Below, piece by piece: positions 56,116 through 64,000 of a DNA stretch of 64,000 nt. Origin of the DNA: Trichoplax adhaerens (taxonomy: Eukaryota > Animalia > Placozoa); contig NW_002060952.1 in the NCBI RefSeq assembly GCF_000150275.1, positions 704,482 through 768,481 on the forward strand, read 5' to 3'. The translations under genes and the position numbers were made by a program. Below the pieces are notes generated by a model. The model did not search any database. It saw only the letters and a program-made list of their open reading frames with translations, and was not told where the DNA came from. Within the stretch, counting starts at the first letter, position 1, and each line of letters begins with the position of its first letter.

Positions 56116-59100
56116 CAGGCCTTGATCGCCATCGCATTTATTACAATCTTTCAATGGTACTAGACCGGTTTACAAGTACTATAAAATTGTAGAACCAACA
56201 TGATATATAGATATAAACCTGGTATGATTTACTTATAAACATTATAGTTATGTAGACTTTTCATTCCCGTTGCTACCAAAGTGGTGATACCATATCTCGA
56301 TCAATAAGTAACGAATACGATTATGCGTTAATACTGCAAGAAACCGCTCATGATGAACCGTTTGGTTACTTTGCTATTCAAGTAGAAACTCTACTATTGA
56401 GTTATTCTGTTATATTTAAAACTAAACTTGTTTACTACAGTCTTAAGGTAGTAAACTTTATTTGGATTGTTCCATAATATATAGCGTAAAACGTCTTCAA
56501 AGTTAATGTTCTTTAGGCACTATTTTATACTACTGCAATTTGGAGAACATTCTTGCGTAATAGGCATCTAGATAAATTATTCTGTATACCATTCAATTAT
56601 TATAAACTTACGTCTTGTACTCAAAGTGACATAATTTACAAATCATTTTTCGGTAAAGTCGTTGCAGTTAATTCTTGGTAATTGTAACTCTTTATGTACA
56701 GCTGAAAAATAGTTTCCAATAAAATATCTTGTATCGAGGTTATAGAGTTCGACTATGAATGATGGATGTGCGACTAGCATATGCTTGTTAATTCTCGATG
56801 ATTGGATTACTTGTATATTTATGGCCATGTTACGTCTTTTTCAAGAATTTATGCCTTTAATAAATTGATTTGCGCATTTCAAAACTTTCTTAATTTTGTG
56901 TTGATATTTACGCATCATAAACGTCATGGTTAATTATATGCCTTTAATAAAATGAGCTACTGTAGCTAGTGACACTATAGGTGATGCTGATATAGTAAAA
57001 TGATATCACTTTTAAATTTATAGAAAATATAGCCATCGCATAATATTAAAAAAATTACCCATTACTTAGAACGACCGAAAGAAAGAATGGATAATTAAAC
57101 AGTGTAGAATACCATAAAACAGAATCATGCCTTCTTTTTCAGTAGTTACAAAATCCTTGTCATTTGCGGCAGCTGACAGTACAAGGCTGCCTATTGAAAA
57201 TGCAAGCATTAATTAAATAGAGCTACTGTTTTGTTTCGATTTTAGGTACCTGACGTAACACTACTATACGCGTCGTATAAGATCTCATCAAAGCACCCAT
57301 CCATTGGATAAACCGACAATGATTGGCAAAAAAATGTTTATGATTGCCAGAGTATTAATCTTGACAAGTAATTCAGGCTTAAGAACACCCAAAATACCTT
57401 TGCGGGTATTTTGTCGCAAGATTCAGTAAATGTTTTACTGTGATACTCAAGATAATATCCCATGATTACCGTATTGTAATGCATATACAGCTAATAACCA
57501 ATTATTGTAACTAAGAATGATTAAGAGAACGGGGTTCTACATAGGGCTTAGGTCATCCCAGCACAGTACTATTGCTAAATACGCGAATTTACGCGATTCC
57601 CAGCTAAATTCCACCAAATCTGCAAGTACTTTAGTAATGATTACAGTCAATAGCAGGTCTGAATTTGATCAGTTAAATGGTATACGGGATTCAGATTGTA
57701 GCAAATAAGCCGTAAACGAAAAATGAGATTCGTCAAAGTTTTAACTGTTGGACTTAATTTGCTGCGGATGCACCCAACATAATTAAGAAGGAAGGAAACT
57801 AATGCTACTTTACTCTTTGAAGTACTAAAAAAAAAACAAGAGTAAACATCCGAGAGTAACTTTCTATAAGACTACTGGGTGATTAATAATACTCCACTGA
57901 CGTTCGCAATTGCCTTCCTGTATGGCTATAGTAGCCGTTAGAAATTCTACTAAAAGAAAGAGTATAAGCTTTTATGCAAATAGTAAATATGATTAGGGTC
58001 AAATCTATTCTTCGCTAAGTAACCTAGAGGCATGGAAAAATGTTTTTAAGTATCGCTCTTAATATTATTCGTTTTTTAAGCAATTTATGAGCCTATTCCA
58101 TGAACACAGGAATACATTAAAGTAAAATAATCTATAATAGCTTATTTATAGTTACGCTCTCACATTTACAGTATACATCCTGTTAGGGGATTGCGTAGGT
58201 GACGATTTAAGCCAATTTTGATATTTCAGACAATAATAATTAGCCACTAGTGGTATTATTTGTGACTGAGTAGGAAATCTGGCCTAATTGATTAGGGAAA
58301 AGATTTATTGAATTTAAGTGCTAGACTATATGTCAATATTGTCAATTAAATGAGATTTTTCTCATAAAATAGCATTGCATCTTACTCATAATAGCTGTCC
58401 TCATACTACGTTTCTTGTAAGGATAAACGAATTATGTATAATACTGTGTAAAGTTACTTGAGACTAGTTTACAAAATTATCTTGCCGCGTACATCATACA
58501 GTATTATATCATAATACAGGCAGGTTAAAGGATCAATATCCTCCCTGAAACAATGTTAGTAATCATGAAATGAAGTGTAAGTATTTCGTGTACGCTTCAG
58601 TGACTTCTTTATAAGCGTAGACCGGTACTTAATTATTTTCTTTAACCGGATATTACTATTGGGTATAAATGCTTAGTTCCACTTTGTTTATTAAAGTAAG
58701 ATTGACCAAAGAATCAAGCGTTATTATCTGCATTATTGGATAGGTGTTGAATTAGGCTTGCTTACTACTTGTTAAGGTTGCTAACATACATAAACTCGTA
58801 TCATAATATAATCCATTGTATTACTTCCTATATTTTGATAATTATGTCTACTAGTGAATGAGCTAATTTTGTAGTTATCCCATTAAGACCTTTTGCGTGG
58901 TTGCTTTCATAATATAATTTACAAATGTATACAAGAGTACTGCAGCAGATGTATAATAGACGCTAAAAGAATGTAGATAGATTTGTTCAAAGTATATTTA
59001 TATTAACTAAAGATTGAGAATAAGCTCTATGAGTAAATCGCAAGCTGTCTAGGCAATTTTGGCAGCATGCACTGTATTAATTATAGCTTATGTGAGATAA

Positions 59101-62100
59101 TAATATTATAATATAATACTCTTATTTATTTAAACAGTAGTAAAGTAGGATATAGTTTTAACCAAAGTTGGTATACTACTAATAATGGTGATCTCTAAAA
59201 ATTGGCATAATGTGATTCACTACTGCTGCTAGTACCGTATCAAATTGAAAAGTTTCCATAAGTTAGCAAATAAGATCAATCAGTCGCCTAAATAGGATAA
59301 CTTGCTAGTACGCTTAATAATCAAAGAGCACCTATTCAAAAAGACAGTAAAGACATCCGTGGATAACGGAGGCTTCTTGTACAGTATTCTTCTAATTGTG
59401 GGTGTATCATAATTTCGTATGTTTTTATGCTGTCGAATGATGCTATCGTTAATTAGCTAGCATAGTAGCACTGATCTTGGTAGTCAATCTATTATGTATA
59501 AGCACCTTGACTGAAATGAAAATTAGATGGAAGATCATTTATGATTTTTTATTTAAAAATTTCTTAAATAATTTACAACATATGTTATATACTTATAATT
59601 GTATACAACGACTTTTTTATGATGCTTTACTTCCTCCCAACATTTAAAAATAATTTTATTTACATTTCAGTCATTGAAAGGATAAGAAAGGCATAATAGC
59701 CCTCTAGATAGTGTATAATGGTAGTTGGCATTAATAATTATCGTAGGGTATGCCAAATCAATTTTAAGATGAGATTTTGGGTAAACTAAGTATTATATTT
59801 TAGTTAATACAAATACTTCATAAAATGTAATGATGCATATCATACTGCTATTTTATTAAGTATTATAAAAATCAGTGTTATTGAGTCCAGATTAGTCAAG
59901 CTTAATGAATTCAGTTTACTCTAATTTAAAAGGAAATGGAAACAAACAATTACTTAAATCAAGTGATAACATTGAAGATTTTGCTAAGTAGAAAGTAACT
60001 TTAATATTTGGAATTGGAGATAAAGATAGCGTAATGTCGCCGCTGGTTTATAATTGAAATTACTAAACTAGCTAGCCATATATTAATGGCTATTTAATTC
60101 GTTTATACTGTATGTATGCTATGTGACAGTCATTGAATCTTGAGTAAGATTGCTTAGACAAATATCAACTAAAGCTCTAAATTTCGGTCGCAATCAATAT
60201 TGATGATTTAAGCTGATAATATGCAAGTATGTCGCATTAGCTAAAAATATCTGCTTTTGAAAATACTTCATGCAATTGACTAAGTATAAAGCACAACTAT
60301 TTATTAAAAAGTTCAGTTATTTTCTGATATACCGGTAAAGCTATTAGAAATCTTACTACTAACGACAAACTAACAGCAGTAATTGGTTTTCACGACGCAC
60401 CTACAACCTCTAATTTATATGCCGAAAGATTTTTTGATACCTTTGTTAATTCTAGAAGAAATATTTAACAGATTTACTTTATAATGTTGATTGAAAAATT
60501 ACTACATAGTAGGTGTGGCATAATTTAAATACTCTTTATCTACGAATTCTAAAGTTAGCAAGTTACTTGTATATCTTTATTTCCTAACAGTACGTAGTAG
60601 GGAATTGAAGGGGAATATATTCAACGTGATTGCTAATAATAAATAACATGTATAATTAATTGAAACTTATCTCCATTTATCGTATCTACTTGTGCAGTAC
60701 GTCTACGTGATGTGATAGTAAATTACACACGAATACATTCTTCCGGATTAATAATCATTTTGATCATTTTTCCAGTTAGAAACTACTACTACACGGAAGG
60801 ATACAATTTCTAGATGTGATGTAATAGTCAATTGATATAATAAGGATAAATGCAAAGAGAATGCTAATCATATTAACTACATATCATTCCCTGCCGATGT
60901 ATTTGCATATGACTATATATTCGCACATTATGTTCCTTGCGTGAAGCATTAGTTAATTGGTAGAGAAAAATATAAACGAAGGGATTAATGGCATCACAAT
61001 TGTCTTTTTACGTCAATAGTTTTCAGAAAACATGATACACTGCCTTGATTATATTGTTGCGCATTCTCCTTACAGTATATTTATATAACTTTCTTTTATT
61101 GCTTTTCAATATTTCGTCTTGTATAATGCGAATTACACTTGAATACTACAAATAATGACTTGTAAAATGTTCAATGCTTATTATATATTTAATTTTTCAA
61201 TTAAAGTAGACTTCCCCATATTGAATATGGTAGGCGGATTAATTCTTTCTACTGCAATATATTTCAGCTGCTGCGGCTACTTTTTATGTAAATAACCGTA
61301 TGATTAGGAAACTAAATGATGGCTAAATCGCCTTCGAGGTGAGTTTCTAGATGACACTCTCATTATAGATGTTTTTCGTCCCAAAATCGGTTCTAAAGAG
61401 CTGATGCCATATTTATTTCCTTTTAATTGCTAAGGAAATGATAGCTAACTATTTAAAGGTTATAAAATATTGCATTAATAGTAGTATATTTTAAATTAAT
61501 CGGATTGTTTAAATTATCATGATAATATTTCATGAGATTCCAGTGTAGTTTCTCGGAGTTTAGATGTGATAAGTCTAAAACTAAAAATAATCCTTTATTA
61601 CATATTCAATAATGTTTTTATACGCATATAATCGATGTAGATAAAATTCAGTAATGCTTTTATAATTTCAAAGGATGATATGATACGGTTGATTGATTGC
61701 TAATTAAGTTGTCAGGATATGATTTCGGCTGTATTTGTCCAGTTTTATTTCCAAAATTAAAATAACAATATTATATTCTACGGAATTAACTTTTCTTTCG
61801 TATATTTTTGAAAATGGATCAAGCAACAGAATGCGACCAAACAATGGTACACATAAACAATAATTATTAAGGTCATATCATTGGTTCATGAAAGCTATTA
61901 TTTAAAATTTTTGAAAATTTCTTTACTTTCAATATAATTTATACATTACCAGAGGCTATTTTATCCATAACTCATTAATCTATCTGAGCTTGTAGATAGA
62001 ATGATGTAGGGTTTCAGGTAAGTATTAGCTTATTTGATAGTAAAGCTTCAATCAAATGTTTACAATTATAATGTCATTTATAGGGTACTATCATTGGTAT

Positions 62101-64000
62101 TGTAGTTAGGAAATGAATAAATTAATGAGGACACATAGTGGATTTTTTAAATTTTGCTAATACCTTAGACGCGAATTGAAAGAGTTCATGATGACTAGAC
62201 AGTAATTACTAATGGATGATGCTACGATAAAATCTGTTCCAATTAATTTAAACTGAAAATGAAGGAGATGTTGTCGGAAAATTATATAAATCTATCATTT
62301 AGTACCGGCAATAATAGATTTAAGATTGTAATAATTGATAATACGCTAGTGATGGCCTATCTTATTTGTGACTAGTGAATTTGACAGACGACGATAATTC
62401 TGATACGATAATATTTAAGTGATGATGTTATTGATAGTAGGCTACATTGATGCAGCTTACCAAACTGGTAGAATTGAGCTTAATGTATCGTAATTAATAT
62501 AATCAATCTATTATAAGACCATGTAATGTACTATATATACGTATGTGTGTATATAACGTGTATTATTAATCATGCGGTTGAATCATTTTCTTTTCTAGAA
62601 ATTTAAAATTTAATTTTAATACTATCGTACAAAATATTGATTAGGTCTACCTATTTATAACCTATGAGATCCAATTACCCGACATAATCATGGTGATTTA
62701 ATTACATCAAAGTTCAAGGAATATTTGCAATTTACTCTTTAATTCGTTTTTTTTTATCCCCACTTCTGATTCGAAGGAGATGAGTTATTAGGCAGATTAT
62801 TATTGTACTCTTATGCGCATCCTATAGCCTATAGTATCATACAGATCAATCAAAATAGTAAAAGGTGATCTTTTTCTAATGATCCGATCTTTGAACTTGT
62901 GTAAAGCATATAGCCTTTAGTCATTGCAAGGTTTACTGTCAGCTTCTTTTAGTATTTTACTGGAAAAGATTATAGATAATAAAAAATCATAAATGCATTA
63001 GTCTACATAGCTAAACTGTTAGAATAAGACTGGAGTAGACGCAACAACAATGATGCTTTACAACAGTTTTCTGATATTGTAGCTACTTAGAATGAAAGGT
63101 ATGCTGTACTTTAGTACAAATAAATAATCGGAAAGTTATAAATAATGGCTATCTTATGCTAATTGAATGTAATTCAGTTTGATTTCGATTCAAAACTGGG
63201 CGTTGTTCATGGGAAGAAAACCTGGTTTTCATTTTATAATTTGCGAGATTAAAAACAGAGAAGCAGAAATTCTTTTTACGTGATGAGCAAGCAATTACAG
63301 TATGTTAAAAATAGCTTGAGAATTTGTTTGAAAATAGTGTACTAGAATTAGATTAGATGTTTAGATCTTAATTGTAGCGGATTGAATATATTTTTTAATA
63401 TATCTATTACATTGGATAGGTTGATATTCACCCGACATAGTCATCCATGTGAACTGCATCGGTGAAGATATACATTACTAGTAGAAAATAATTAACTAAA
63501 ATCAATTACGCCTTGTAAGGGTATTGATCAATGCTTTTATTTTTTTATTTATTATGTCTGTCATTAATTATGATGTCTATTGATATCGATCTACCTATTC
63601 TATCGTATTTCATTGATTTTGATCCAGTTAACATGAAAAGCAAGCCATTATACAATTAAAAATCAATTGACTATGACGTTATTCTCGCCCTTATGTATTC
63701 TATTTTGTTGACACTTTACCCTATTGAACTGATTATATTATAGGAATGATTTGGATATATTTCTTTTCTATTTACTATATATAGTCAAGATAATGCAATA
63801 CAGTTCTACATAATCATATTGAAGATGGGAGGGGATAGATTAAAGTATTGATACCAATTATATTCATCTTCAATCCATCTTGCTTAACAATCAATTTGTA
63901 AGACGTATAATATTCAAGGAATCGATCAATACCGTTAGTCTTCTGTATTGAATGAGTGAAATTAAATTGCTGACAATAAAAACATCGGACTATATAACTA

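Noticed and set aside
56800-57780. GPCR pseudogene call
   Set aside because: Motif-like pieces such as FATI*IPYTI and KIKEVLKC are in inconsistent order and frames, so the call is not supportable without a search.

Overview
AT-rich, compact eukaryotic genomic DNA with many short GT-AG introns and animal-type genes. Composition and gene architecture suggest an early-branching animal such as a placozoan; that is inference only. I reconstructed seven spliced genes by hand: C9orf78/TLS1 (+), a TPC3-like two-pore channel (-, 18 exons), MED13 (+), a membrane-anchored gamma-glutamyltransferase (-), a FAXC/metaxin-like GST-fold protein (-), an RNF5/RNF185 ERAD ligase (-) and Elongin B (+). There are six local tandem-repeat arrays, one 50-N assembly gap and an apparently gene-free last ~8 kb. 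Two observations stand out. (1) Non-coding DNA is peppered with TA-CAG-TA / TA-CTG-TA words and +7 variants. Between copies of tandem repeats these appear as clean insertions at TA dinucleotides, matching Tc1/mariner excision footprints, and they pile up into mixed-orientation pseudo-microsatellites at gene 5' ends. (2) The TPC gene needs a U12 (minor spliceosome) intron with rare AT-AA termini right after the second selectivity filter. All coordinates were read by eye and no searches were run.
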